IMG/VR virus record: IMGVR_UViG_3300042945_002173
Length of the DNA stretch: 64,000 nucleotides
DNA from: a virus
Strand: one strand, 5' to 3'
The position numbers were made by a program, and so were the translations under genes. How positions within the stretch are numbered: the stretch's first letter is position 1; each line of letters starts with the position of its first letter. The notes below the pieces were generated by a model. It ran no database searches and was not told where the DNA came from. It saw nothing but the letters and a program-made list of their open reading frames with translations. Below are positions 19,986-29,135 of the stretch, piece after piece.

Positions 19986-20646
19986 CCTTCACAACTTTTT
20001 CAAGTATTACGACGAAAACAATTCAAATCACGTAGCAGCAGTTCAATGGTTAGAAGATAACCTTCCTGCTGAATTCTTAGATGATGCTGAGACTGATTGG
20101 ATTGGAATGTATAGAACTAAACCACCAACTCCAGAAGTTCTTGCAGTTCCCTACTTCAATCAAGTAGATAATTATAGAGATGCACACAGAACTTGCAATA
20201 GTTCATCGTGTGCTATGTGTCTTGCTTTCCTCAAACCAGGAAGCATTAAAGGTGATGATGAATATGTCAAGAAAGTATTTGCGATTGGCGATACGACTGA
20301 CCATGCGGTACAGACAAAAGTTCTCGCAGGTTATGGTATTAAGTCACACTTTAGTTACAATCTTTCTTTTGCTGATATTGATAAGAGCCTTGATAGAGGT
20401 AAACCTGTTGTTATTGGTATTCTCCATCGTGGTTCTCTATCTGCTCCTACTGGTGGGCACATGTGTGTAGTCATTGGTAAGACACCAGATGGCAAAGGAT
20501 ATTACATCAACGATCCATATGGTTCTCTCAACGATAACTATACTGGTCCTGTAACGAATGGTAAGAAGACCATTTACACCAAAGCAGTTCTCAAGCACCG
20601 GTGGTGCCCAGGAGGCAATGATGGATGGGGAAGAATCTTCGATTAA
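19975..20646 (+). CDS. Peptidase C39-like cysteine protease
   Basis: VPYFNQ...RTCNSSSCAM; GGHMCVVIG; INDPYG (Cys-His-Asp). Confidence 0.8.
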   Translation: MTLDLHNFFKYYDENNSNHVAAVQWLEDNLPAEFLDDAETDWIGMYRTKPPTPEVLAVPYFNQVDNYRDAHRTCNSSSCAMCLAFLKPGSIKGDDEYVKKVFAIGDTTDHAVQTKVLAGYGIKSHFSYNLSFADIDKSLDRGKPVVIGILHRGSLSAPTGGHMCVVIGKTPDGKGYYINDPYGSLNDNYTGPVTNGKKTIYTKAVLKHRWCPGGNDGWGRIFD

Positions 20647-20744
20647 TTTTAAGAGAAAGATACTTAAAGTAATTAAGGATCTGACTAATAACGGTAAACA
20701 CAAGGAAGCAAACGATCTTTATCAAAGGTATTTCGGAGGTAACA

Positions 20745-21416
20745 ATGGCAAGAATTGATCTACACAACTTTTTTAAATTTTACGACGAGAAAAACCCTAA
20801 TCATGTAAAAGCAGTTCAGTGGTTGGAAGATAATTTACCAGTTAAGTATCTTGAAGATAATGTTGATTGGGCAGAAATTTATCGCGGAAAAAAGGGTAAT
20901 GCGGCACCAGCATCAGCACCATCTGCTGCCGCTTCTGTATCTGGTGGTGACGATATGCCTATGATGGGTCTAAAACTCATCAAAGAGTTTGAAGGATGCC
21001 ACCTTAAAGCATATCCAGATCCTCTGACTGGTGGACTTCCAATCACAATTGGTTGGGGTTCTACTCGTAAGAAGGATGGATCGCCATTTCATATGGGCGA
21101 TACCATTACTCAGGCAGAAGCAGATGAATTACTGATCAGTCAGTGTAAGAATCAGTTTCTTCCTTCACTTCGTAAGATCCCTCATTGGAATGAAATGTCA
21201 GATGGAAAAAGAGGCGCTCTGCTCAGCTTTGCTTATAATCTCGGCGCTGGTTTCTACGGTGGTGATAACTTTAATACTATTACTAAACGCCTAAAGAATA
21301 AAGAATGGGACTTAGTTCCCGATGCTCTTTATCTCTATCGCAATCCTGGTTCAAATGTAGAAGCAGGTCTTGCTCGTAGAAGAAAGGCAGAAGGTGAAGC
21401 ATGGAAAAAAGGATAA
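20745..21416 (+). CDS. Lysozyme (GH24 muramidase), putative endolysin
   Basis: LIKEFEG-CHLKAYPD...ITIGWG; SFAYNLG; GLARRRKAE. Confidence 0.9.
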   Translation: MARIDLHNFFKFYDEKNPNHVKAVQWLEDNLPVKYLEDNVDWAEIYRGKKGNAAPASAPSAAASVSGGDDMPMMGLKLIKEFEGCHLKAYPDPLTGGLPITIGWGSTRKKDGSPFHMGDTITQAEADELLISQCKNQFLPSLRKIPHWNEMSDGKRGALLSFAYNLGAGFYGGDNFNTITKRLKNKEWDLVPDALYLYRNPGSNVEAGLARRRKAEGEAWKKG

Positions 21417-21471
21417 ATAGTTAAAATCAATACTGATTCCTGATCTTAACTGGTCTGAATCTACATACCCC

Positions 21472-21556
21472 GAGTCCTCTGGACTTGGTGAATACTTTAC
21501 TTTTAAACAAAACTTCGGTTTGTTTCGTTTAGTACACACTGAGTCATAGAGGACTT
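21472..21556 (+). promoter_or_regulatory. Long irregular hairpin leader sequestering the RBS of the downstream gene
   Basis: AGTCCTCT pairs AGAGGACT; GACTTGGTG pairs CACTGAGTC; apical AAACAAAAC-TTCG-GTTTGTTT. Confidence 0.7.
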
Positions 21557-21559
21557 TTT

Positions 21560-23731
21560 ATGTCTTACGCTAAGAAGGCGCTTGTTTTAGCGTCTGCTCT
21601 TTTAATGGGAGCACCAACTGCATTTGCAGATACTATTTCTGGTACAGATTTTGAGTCTGGAAATACCTCAGGTTGGAATACTGGAAATCAAACAGGAACA
21701 TTAGACAGCACAATCACTGGGCAGGGAACTGGTGTTAGTGTTGTCGATAATCCAGTAATCTTCAATGCACCCTCTCACGGAGCAGTAGGAAGTCCAACTC
21801 TCCAAGATGGTTCTCCTAACCCATACCACGCACCCGCAGTAACACCAACAACTTGGGAGTTTGCTCCTTATGGAGATGCTGGTGCTGCATTGCAACCAAA
21901 TGGTCAAGCAACATTTAACCAAGCAACAGAAGCACTTGGATTAACTGCGGCAGAAAACCAAGCAATCAAAGATCTTCTCATCCAACAACAACAAGCATCT
22001 GGATTAGGAAATCCAAATCCAACTGATGCTGCTTGGATTACAAAGTCAGTGACTTTGCAAACTGGAACAGTTTATACAATGTCTTGGAACTACATTGGAA
22101 CTGATTATGTTCCTTTCAATGATGGTTCTATTACATCACTTGTTTATCAAGGAACAGGTTCATCTCCAACAGTAACAGTTAATAATCAACTTCAAAACTA
22201 TGCACTGCTTGGGTTTACTAATCCTGGAACTGGTGACTATTCAACTGGAACTTATGGTTCTACTGGATGGCAGTATTCAACATATCAAGTAGGTGCTGAT
22301 GGAGATTATCTCTTAGGATTTGCAGTATTCAACCTCGGAGACACTGCATTATCACCAGTTCTCTTAGTTGATAGTCAGCCTGGAACTACAACACAGAATG
22401 GTCAAGCATTTACACCTGTTGCTCCAAACAATCCAGATGCACCATCTGTTGATGAAGTAGCACCAACCCCAACTCCTGAACCTACACCAGAACCAGAACC
22501 CACTCCAACACCTGAACCAGAACCTACCCCAGAGCCCACACCAGAACCAACCCCTGATCCAACTCCAACTCCTGAACCTACCCCAGAGCCCACACCAGAA
22601 CCTACTCCTGAACCCACACCAGAACCTACTCCTGAACCTACACCTGAGCCCACACCAGAACCTACTCCTGAGCCCACACCTGATCCCACACCAGAACCCA
22701 CTCCTGAACCAGAATCTCCAACATTATTAAACTCTGTAACTGTTCCTGCACCAGGACTTCCAGTTGTTGTTACTACTGAGGTTACTCATACAGCATCTGA
22801 AAAAGATGGAGTTCAAAAGATTAGAAGAGATTTTGCAACTACAAGTCAAACTCCTTTATTACAGCAAGATACTTATAGTGATGGAACTGTTATAAGTTCA
22901 TTACTTCTTTCTGTTGATACAAACAATACTCACGATGTTCTTTCTGGACGTATTGATCAGCACGAAGTTTTAGATAAGATTGGTGGTGGATTACAAAATC
23001 TTTTCATTCACGAACCATCTCAACCAACCACAGATAAAGTAAGAGTATTCAGCAACAATTATTATGCTTGGTCTTATGGTGACTATGGATACACTGGTAA
23101 GTCGTTGATTATTGGTGGTGGATTAGAAATTGATATCAAACCAACTTGGACTATTGGTGGTCAGTATAATAATGTGAATATTGATTTAGGTGGTGTTGAT
23201 AGTACTTCTAGTCTTGTTAAGGGTCATTATGGTTTCTTTAATATGTTCCGTGGAAATACATTCTCACTCTTAACTAATGCTGGTTTCTCTCAGAACAAAT
23301 ATAATGTATCAAGAAATGTTCAGGGTATCTTTAATAATGAAAGTTCAACACAAGGAAAAGAATGGTTTGTAAATAACAGATTATTCTGGCATCTCAATAA
23401 GAACATAACTTCATTTGTTGGATATACCGTTGGTAATTACCAGAGAGATGGTTTTACTGAAACTGGTTCTATTCAATCAAGAAGAACCGTAGATACTATA
23501 AACAAAACTTCACATTCTGGTGAGGTTGGTCTAAATATTTCGCATCGTTTTGGTGGTAAGAAGAAGGATTTATTCGGCATAACTGTCGGTGGTTCTTATG
23601 AAACCAGCGGAATGATCGAGGCAAATGCTTCTGTTGATTATAAGGAAATGATAATTATTGAAGGAATTCATCAAATTAATGATGGGGTTTCTAACACAGC
23701 AGTATCTGCAAAGGTTAAATTTAAGTTCTAA
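21560..23731 (+). CDS. Autotransporter-like outer-membrane protein with Pro-Thr-Pro-Glu linker
   Basis: Signal peptide ending AFA; passenger domain; PTPE repeats; amphipathic beta-strand C-domain ending KVKFKF. Confidence 0.75.
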   Translation: MSYAKKALVLASALLMGAPTAFADTISGTDFESGNTSGWNTGNQTGTLDSTITGQGTGVSVVDNPVIFNAPSHGAVGSPTLQDGSPNPYHAPAVTPTTWEFAPYGDAGAALQPNGQATFNQATEALGLTAAENQAIKDLLIQQQQASGLGNPNPTDAAWITKSVTLQTGTVYTMSWNYIGTDYVPFNDGSITSLVYQGTGSSPTVTVNNQLQNYALLGFTNPGTGDYSTGTYGSTGWQYSTYQVGADGDYLLGFAVFNLGDTALSPVLLVDSQPGTTTQNGQAFTPVAPNNPDAPSVDEVAPTPTPEPTPEPEPTPTPEPEPTPEPTPEPTPDPTPTPEPTPEPTPEPTPEPTPEPTPEPTPEPTPEPTPEPTPDPTPEPTPEPESPTLLNSVTVPAPGLPVVVTTEVTHTASEKDGVQKIRRDFATTSQTPLLQQDTYSDGTVISSLLLSVDTNNTHDVLSGRIDQHEVLDKIGGGLQNLFIHEPSQPTTDKVRVFSNNYYAWSYGDYGYTGKSLIIGGGLEIDIKPTWTIGGQYNNVNIDLGGVDSTSSLVKGHYGFFNMFRGNTFSLLTNAGFSQNKYNVSRNVQGIFNNESSTQGKEWFVNNRLFWHLNKNITSFVGYTVGNYQRDGFTETGSIQSRRTVDTINKTSHSGEVGLNISHRFGGKKKDLFGITVGGSYETSGMIEANASVDYKEMIIIEGIHQINDGVSNTAVSAKVKFKF
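22462..22714 (+). repeat. Coding tandem repeat (~20 PTPE-type units, 12-nt period)
   Basis: Repeated CCTACTCCTGAA/CCCACACCAGAA variants. Confidence 0.9.
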
Positions 23732-23768
23732 AATCCTAAATATTACAGACTTCATCACACGGACACTG

Positions 23769-24107
23769 ATGGACAAGAAAAAGGAGAATGCTTTGGGGCA
23801 AGTGATTCGTATTGCCATCCTTGGATGGTCTGCTGCTCTTCTTACCGCTAGTTATGCTGGGGCTCTATCCAAGATGGACCCCACTTTTATTGCGACTGTT
23901 TTTACTGCCTCTGCCGCAACCTTTGGAATTAATACTATGAAGAAAGGTGGAGATGAAGAAGATGAAAAAAAAGCAGAACCTAAAAGGGAAGAGTTTGTAG
24001 AAACTCCACCAGAACCACCTGCTCCCGAAGCAGCAGCTCCATCTCTTGAAGAAAGAGTTGAAGCTCTTGAAGAGGGTCAAGTTCAACCACGTACTCCAGG
24101 AGCATAA
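23769..24107 (+). CDS. Membrane protein (2 TM plus acidic Pro-rich tail)
   Basis: Start MDKKKEN; TAAATA upstream; two hydrophobic helices. Confidence 0.65.
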   Translation: MDKKKENALGQVIRIAILGWSAALLTASYAGALSKMDPTFIATVFTASAATFGINTMKKGGDEEDEKKAEPKREEFVETPPEPPAPEAAAPSLEERVEALEEGQVQPRTPGA

Positions 24108-24220
24108 TGTCTAAGTCACCAAACAAAGGTAAGAAAGGTTCTGCTGGTGGAAAACAATCCAAGCAGAACCAGGGAAATGCTACTGCTAAGAAAGCGAAGA
24201 ACGGTGGTAAGAAAAAGTAA
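24107..24220 (+). CDS. Very basic 37-aa protein (MSKSPNKGKKGSAGGK...)
   Basis: TAATG coupling; AGGAG RBS; not in ORF track. Confidence 0.55.
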   Translation: MSKSPNKGKKGSAGGKQSKQNQGNATAKKAKNGGKKK

Positions 24221-24229
24221 TGAGGTTTT

Positions 24230-24421
24230 ATGCCACGTGAATGGAATACTCCAATTCGGCAACCTTGGAATCCTGTAATTAAAAAATGCCTTGATGCTGT
24301 TGATGAACACGTCAAGGCATATATTAAAACAGGAGATGACTGGCACTTATCACAAGCAGAAATATTAAGAAAATATGTAAAAGATCTGAAAGTTTGGATA
24401 CATAAAGAGGAAGGATGGTAA
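24230..24421 (+). CDS. Hypothetical protein
   Basis: GAGG RBS; 63 aa. Confidence 0.65.
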   Translation: MPREWNTPIRQPWNPVIKKCLDAVDEHVKAYIKTGDDWHLSQAEILRKYVKDLKVWIHKEEGW

Positions 24422-24528
24422 TATGGACGAATTTCCTTGGGGTGTTTTTATAATATTATCTTGTGGACTTACTTTTACTGCATACATCATTTACTACATA
24501 TTAAAGTTAGCATCTGAGGAGATGAAAG

Positions 24529-24741
24529 ATGAAACATCTGAGTCTAATTCTATCAATCACAAGTCTAGGCATTAGTGCTGCTATTGGCGTGGGTGCTTAT
24601 ATCACTTACCAGAAAGCACAAAAAATTCTAGATAATCCAGAAGCATTTGTTGGTGCTGTTGTAGAGAAGCAAGTCACCAAAGCATTTGAGAAACTACCTA
24701 TCCCCAAACTAAATACTGGGAGTATTAAGTTTCCTTTCTAA
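24529..24741 (+). CDS. Small protein with N-terminal TM anchor
   Basis: GAGGAG RBS; hydrophobic N-terminus. Confidence 0.65.
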   Translation: MKHLSLILSITSLGISAAIGVGAYITYQKAQKILDNPEAFVGAVVEKQVTKAFEKLPIPKLNTGSIKFPF

Positions 24742-25154
24742 TGGACAATAAAGATCCCTATATCTACAGAATACGTCAAATTCATAAGGTTGTAGATGGT
24801 GACACTATTGACGCTGATATTGATTTGGGTTTTGATATCTCCCTTACTAAGAGAATTCGTCTTGCTGGTGTCGATACCCCAGAAAGTCGCACAGCAGATG
24901 CGAACGAAAAAAAATACGGACTCGAATCAAAAGAATGGTTGAAGCATCGTTGCGAAGGTGCCAAAAACATTCTAATCAAGACGGAACTTCCTGACTCCAC
25001 AGAAAAGTATGGAAGAATCATTGGTCATCTGTTTATCAATGATGAACCAACTTCACTCAATGATCAGATGATTTCCGAAGGATATGCTTGGAATTATGAT
25101 GGTGGTACAAAGAAGAAGAACTTTGCCGAACTTGATGCAAAGCGTAAGAAGTGA
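24741..25154 (+). CDS. Thermonuclease (SNase-like)
   Basis: VVDGDTI; RIRLAGVDTPE; KYGRII. Confidence 0.85.
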   Translation: MDNKDPYIYRIRQIHKVVDGDTIDADIDLGFDISLTKRIRLAGVDTPESRTADANEKKYGLESKEWLKHRCEGAKNILIKTELPDSTEKYGRIIGHLFINDEPTSLNDQMISEGYAWNYDGGTKKKNFAELDAKRKK

Positions 25155-25348
25155 TTTACTTTAATATTGTAAGACTATTCTTAATTATTTGGAGTGCCCT
25201 AATGATTTCTGCTGTGGAATCTGTTGCGATTCGTACAGAAGGTCAAGTAGAACTTGAAAGTACAAGTAGAGATGCATATGCAAAAGTACTTGTTCTTGCT
25301 GTTGGTTCTTTTCTTGGTGATGCTGCCTTTAAGTTGAAGAAAAAATGA
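25151..25348 (+). CDS. Small membrane protein
   Basis: GTGA overlap; two hydrophobic segments. Confidence 0.5.
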   Translation: MIYFNIVRLFLIIWSALMISAVESVAIRTEGQVELESTSRDAYAKVLVLAVGSFLGDAAFKLKKK

Positions 25349-25678
25349 AAAGAATATCTTTACATTTTTTAATTTTAGCAAGACTCCTAACTCACGATGG
25401 AATAATACTTGAAAATAGAAGACCTATTCCTAAAAAACAACCGCCAGAAGTTATTCGTTTTGTTAGGAGACCAGCACGAAGAGGGCGCAAAAAATCTTTA
25501 CAATTTGATACTAGTTTGTTAAATAGTAAAGATTTGTTTAAGGTGTTACAAAATGACCACGGCACCAGCAAAGGATAAACGTAAAAAAGAGAAGAATAAT
25601 ATTTTTCTAGAAATTCTTTATAACGTTTTAGTTCAGTTACCAGTTCTAGTGATTGGATGGATTATCACACAATTTACA

Positions 25679-26500
25679 TCAGAAAGATAATCTGGCAGAT
25701 AATTTTTTAGCAATTTTTTTAGCAGGGGCAAAGAGAGGTTTAAATCTTTCTTTGCCTTCTTTTGTGAACTTATCTTTGATTACATCGTCAATAATGATTT
25801 TATTATCAATCTCATAGAGAGCATTGATTTCAACTTGGTCACGAATATATTGCTCTACATTAGTTACTTGTTCTATTAAACGAGTTCCTTCGGCAGAGTA
25901 TTCAAAAACATCTACATGTCCACCTTCTGCTAGGACATAATGTAGTACTGGCTTTACTTGTTTGATTTTAATCTTAAACTTATTCTTTGTTGCTTCTTTG
26001 ATGATTGGTTCTGCTGCATTCTTCAAAGCATTCAGAACAGTTGTTGATGCTATTGTAGCAGCAGTCGTTACTACTGCGACAGCACCAGCCGTAGCAACAA
26101 GAGAAGGGTCAGGTAAATTAATATCGACTCCATAAACACTAAAAGTTGTTGGTGTTGTTGTTGGTTTGTCTGCTGGTATTTCAGCAATGGGTGTTTGAGT
26201 AGGAGGGGTTTGAGCAATCTGTGGAAGTTCAGGAGGGGGAGTAGGATCTGGAAAACCTCTACTTTTTTCTTGTTGTTCTTGTTCTTGTTTTTGTTTTTCT
26301 GCTTTTACGGCAGCATCAAATTCTTCTTGTGTTGGAACATTGATGACTGGATAATTGATTGATGGATTTGTAATATTAATAACTGGTACTTCCAATCCAC
26401 GAATAAGTGGTTGTTGTGTAGTTTGAGTAACAGGAGGTTCTATTGTAGGTATGATTCGTGGAGAATCAATTTTTACTGATTTGATTGGTTGTATTTCCAT
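25679..26500 (-). CDS. Pro-rich protein with central TM helix
   Basis: LVATAGAVAVVTTAATIA; last gene of minus-strand operon. Confidence 0.65.
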   Translation of the reverse strand: MEIQPIKSVKIDSPRIIPTIEPPVTQTTQQPLIRGLEVPVINITNPSINYPVINVPTQEEFDAAVKAEKQKQEQEQQEKSRGFPDPTPPPELPQIAQTPPTQTPIAEIPADKPTTTPTTFSVYGVDINLPDPSLVATAGAVAVVTTAATIASTTVLNALKNAAEPIIKEATKNKFKIKIKQVKPVLHYVLAEGGHVDVFEYSAEGTRLIEQVTNVEQYIRDQVEINALYEIDNKIIIDDVIKDKFTKEGKERFKPLFAPAKKIAKKLSARLSF

Positions 26501-27080
26501 TGACGACATCCTGTACTCGTGGATACTTCACAACAACATCAGCACAAATTTTAAAATATGGACTTTCTGGATGGAAACTAATTCCATTTTTAATCGCTTC
26601 ACCACATTTTAATAATCTTACAAGTTCAAAATCAAGTCTTGCTTTATCTGCTTCTGCTTGTTGTCTTGCAATTTCTACTTTAGCTCTTGATTTACAGATC
26701 TCAGTAAGACTTCCATCAAGTGGGAAGTTAAATCCCATTGAAAATCCAGCATTTCCACTATGAGATTGATATTGTGATGGATCTGCTCCCCCATTTAGAC
26801 TTCCTAAAATGAAAGGAGAGAGACTCATTGTTGGACCTTGACAACTAACTCCACTACCGAAAGTATTCATGGCGTAAGGACCTTGTAACACCTGAACTGC
26901 CTGGTTTGTAACATTACCAGTGGCAGATGCCGAAGGTCCTGCTATATTTGTATTGGATGGAGCTTGTTGTGCTTTACTTCTACTCGAACCTGCAAGTGTT
27001 AATAATAGTATAGTTGCTATTGCGTAAAGACTGATACTGAGTTTGTTGTTGAATCTTGTGTAGTGGTTCTTTCTATCCAT
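26466..27080 (-). CDS. Secreted hypothetical protein with four Cys and coiled coil
   Basis: Signal-like hydrophobic segment; GVSCQGPT; DFELVRLLKCGE. Confidence 0.65.
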   Translation of the reverse strand: MDRKNHYTRFNNKLSISLYAIATILLLTLAGSSRSKAQQAPSNTNIAGPSASATGNVTNQAVQVLQGPYAMNTFGSGVSCQGPTMSLSPFILGSLNGGADPSQYQSHSGNAGFSMGFNFPLDGSLTEICKSRAKVEIARQQAEADKARLDFELVRLLKCGEAIKNGISFHPESPYFKICADVVVKYPRVQDVVNGNTTNQISKN

Positions 27081-27382
27081 GTTTCCTTAGCCACCCCAGG
27101 CCCAAGTGTTGTTTCACTGAACTGGAACGGAGCACCTTGAGTCATAACGCTATAATTAGCACCAGGCGTAGGAGTACCAGGAATATTGATATTCGTGCCT
27201 GTGACTGTATAAGATGTCCCAGTGGTATATTCTATTTGTTTAATCGTCTCAACGATTTCTGTGCGTGTCTTAGTTTCTGCTGTGATTGTTCCTCTGGTAA
27301 AATTAGGTACAACACTTTCAGCATATGCAGGAGTACAAATGACTCCCGCTGCTAAAAGCAGAACGGGAGTTATGTATCTCAT
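27017..27382 (-). CDS. Secreted Thr-rich hypothetical protein
   Basis: Signal peptide ending AYA; SYTVTGTNI; FQFSET. Confidence 0.7.
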   Translation of the reverse strand: MRYITPVLLLAAGVICTPAYAESVVPNFTRGTITAETKTRTEIVETIKQIEYTTGTSYTVTGTNINIPGTPTPGANYSVMTQGAPFQFSETTLGPGVAKETWIERTTTQDSTTNSVSVFTQ

Positions 27383-27843
27383 TTGAATACACTTAATTCG
27401 ATTGTTCTTTGTGCTGTTGCAGTTGTACCAGGACCACCAGCAGTTACGCTAGGAACGCCAGTTCCACTTAGAGAACCTGCAAGAGAACCTTTATCTCCTG
27501 CTAACTGAGTAGTAGAATTCCCATAAAGGTTGGGAGAAGCAATAACTCCACCAGAGACCGACTGAGTGGTGACTGCTGTATCAGCAGCGCGTTGAGTTTC
27601 TGAGAAAGTAAATGCTTGACCGTTTGTATCAATGCCATATGAACCTGCGCCACCAACTCCACCAAGAGTAGTAACGTCAATATTTGTACCTGAAACAGAA
27701 TAGGAAGCACCTACTCTTTCGGTTTGAATCGCTGCACCCTGAACACCAAGTTGAACGGAATCAGTAATTTTTGATGTAATTTCAGCAGCACCAGCAGGAT
27801 TAACTAAGAATAATGTAGAAAGGACTAAAAGAACTTTCTTCAT
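27379..27843 (-). CDS. Secreted Gly/Ser/Thr-rich hypothetical protein
   Basis: Start MKKVLLVL signal peptide; SYSVSGTNI; FTFSET; TAAATA upstream. Confidence 0.7.
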   Translation of the reverse strand: MKKVLLVLSTLFLVNPAGAAEITSKITDSVQLGVQGAAIQTERVGASYSVSGTNIDVTTLGGVGGAGSYGIDTNGQAFTFSETQRAADTAVTTQSVSGGVIASPNLYGNSTTQLAGDKGSLAGSLSGTGVPSVTAGGPGTTATAQRTIELSVFK

Positions 27844-28054
27844 TTTTCTTGAGTAATAAACACTACAAGTATTTAGCACAACCATTTTTAGAAGTGGTCT
27901 ACTTGACAAATCCTAAATAAAAACTTAATATGGAAAATCCCATATCAGGGATTTTATTATGAGTCTGTGATGTGACATTAGAGCCGTGGAAGGTGCCCTT
28001 CGAGAGAGGTGGTGTACCCCCCTTCTATACGGATGTAGAGTTCAATTAATTTTA

Positions 28055-28687
28055 ATGCAAAACATCTTTACTGTAGCCCTGCCCCTTCTGGCATCGGTTA
28101 CAACCAATATGGCAACACTGCCTGTATTTCCTCCTTTGACGGCACCACCAGCGCCATTTTCTGTTGTTAAGGAGTTTGAAACTACGACAGCGATCCGAGA
28201 GGTTGCTCCCGAAAAGCCAAAAGAGAAAAGGCTAATTTGTAAAGGGTGTTCAGAACATGAACAACTTGCCTTGGATTATTTCCAAGATCAAGGAATTAAA
28301 GACAGAAACGCCCTTGCTACTATCATGGGCAATATTAAGCAGGAATCTATGTTCGTGCCTAATATTTGTGAAGGTGGTAGCAGGACTCAGTACCATCACT
28401 GCGGTCGTGGTTATGGACTGATCCAATGGACATCTGCCGATCGTTATTATGGATTGGGTGATTTTGCTAAGAAGTTTGGTGGTTCTCCATCAACACTTCC
28501 AACGCAACTTCGTTATCTGACGAATGAAGTTCAATGGAAACGAATCGAAGACCGAATGAAAACTCCTGGTAAGTCTATCGATCGCTACATGAACTATGCG
28601 TACAGTTGGATTGGTTGGGGCATTCATGGTGCTCGTACATCTTATGCTCATGAATATGCTAACCGACTGATCACGGTAGAAGTTTGA
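28055..28687 (+). CDS. Phage tail-type lysozyme (Phage_lysozyme2-like) with signal-like N-terminus
   Basis: ATIMGNIKQES; GYGLIQWT; QLRYL. Confidence 0.8.
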   Translation: MQNIFTVALPLLASVTTNMATLPVFPPLTAPPAPFSVVKEFETTTAIREVAPEKPKEKRLICKGCSEHEQLALDYFQDQGIKDRNALATIMGNIKQESMFVPNICEGGSRTQYHHCGRGYGLIQWTSADRYYGLGDFAKKFGGSPSTLPTQLRYLTNEVQWKRIEDRMKTPGKSIDRYMNYAYSWIGWGIHGARTSYAHEYANRLITVEV

Positions 28688-28701
28688 CAAACTGAATAGG
28701 T

Positions 28702-28739
28702 GAGGGGGGCTTGACAGATGCCCTCCTCCCATCTATAAT
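28702..28739 (+). promoter_or_regulatory. Sigma70 promoter embedded in hairpin, driving the tRNA cluster
   Basis: TTGACA(28711)-N17-TATAAT within GAGGGGGGC...GCCCTCCTC. Confidence 0.8.
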
Positions 28740-28756
28740 AAACAAGTGATTCAATT

Positions 28757-28830
28757 GGACCAGTAACTCAGTGGACAAGAGTATCCGCCTTCTAAGCGGT
28801 TAGCCGTAGGTTCGAATCCTACCTGGTCCG
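28757..28830 (+). tRNA. tRNA-Arg(TCT)
   Basis: Cloverleaf GGACCAG/CTGGTCC; loop CT-TCT-AA; GTTCGAATC. Confidence 0.93.
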
Positions 28831-28857
28831 TTGGAGATTTATTCTCCAAATTTATAA

Positions 28858-28929
28858 TCCACAATGGCGCAGCGGTAGCGCAGATGACTGTTAATCATTT
28901 GGTCCCTGGTTCGAATCCAGGTTGTGGAG
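28858..28929 (+). tRNA. tRNA-Asn(GTT)
   Basis: TCCACAA/TTGTGGA; loop CT-GTT-AA; GTTCGAATC. Confidence 0.93.
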
Positions 28930-28936
28930 TAGGGAG

Positions 28937-29009
28937 AACTAGAAATGTCTGGGACTTCCTCTAAATCCTAAGTTTACTTAGGTCGGGGATTTGATCACCC
29001 CCGCTAGTT
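28937..29009 (+). ncRNA. Putative small structured RNA between tRNAs
   Basis: AACTAG/CTAGTT closing stem; CCTAAG-TTTA-CTTAGG and CGGGG...CCCCG hairpins. Confidence 0.4.
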
Positions 29010-29081
29010 GCCCTTGTAGCTCAGTGGTAGAGCGCGGCTTTTGTAAAGCCGATGTCGCAAGTTCAAATCTTGTCGGGGGCT
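29010..29081 (+). tRNA. tRNA-Thr(TGT)
   Basis: GCCCTTG/CGGGGGC; CGGCT-TTTGTAA-AGCCG; GTTCAAATC. Confidence 0.92.
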
Positions 29082-29109
29082 TGACATAATATTCATTATG
29101 TCTTATACT
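29081..29109 (+). promoter_or_regulatory. Sigma70 promoter with palindromic spacer
   Basis: TTGACA-N17-TATACT; GACATAAT-attc-ATTATGTC. Confidence 0.75.
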
Positions 29110-29135
29110 TTACAAGTCCGTGTGAAGTGAAGTGC

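Noticed and set aside
22402-22701. Minus-strand (GSGV)n ORF and a possible CRISPR-like array
   Set aside because: Antisense shadow of the coding PTPE repeat; no unique spacers and no cas genes in the window
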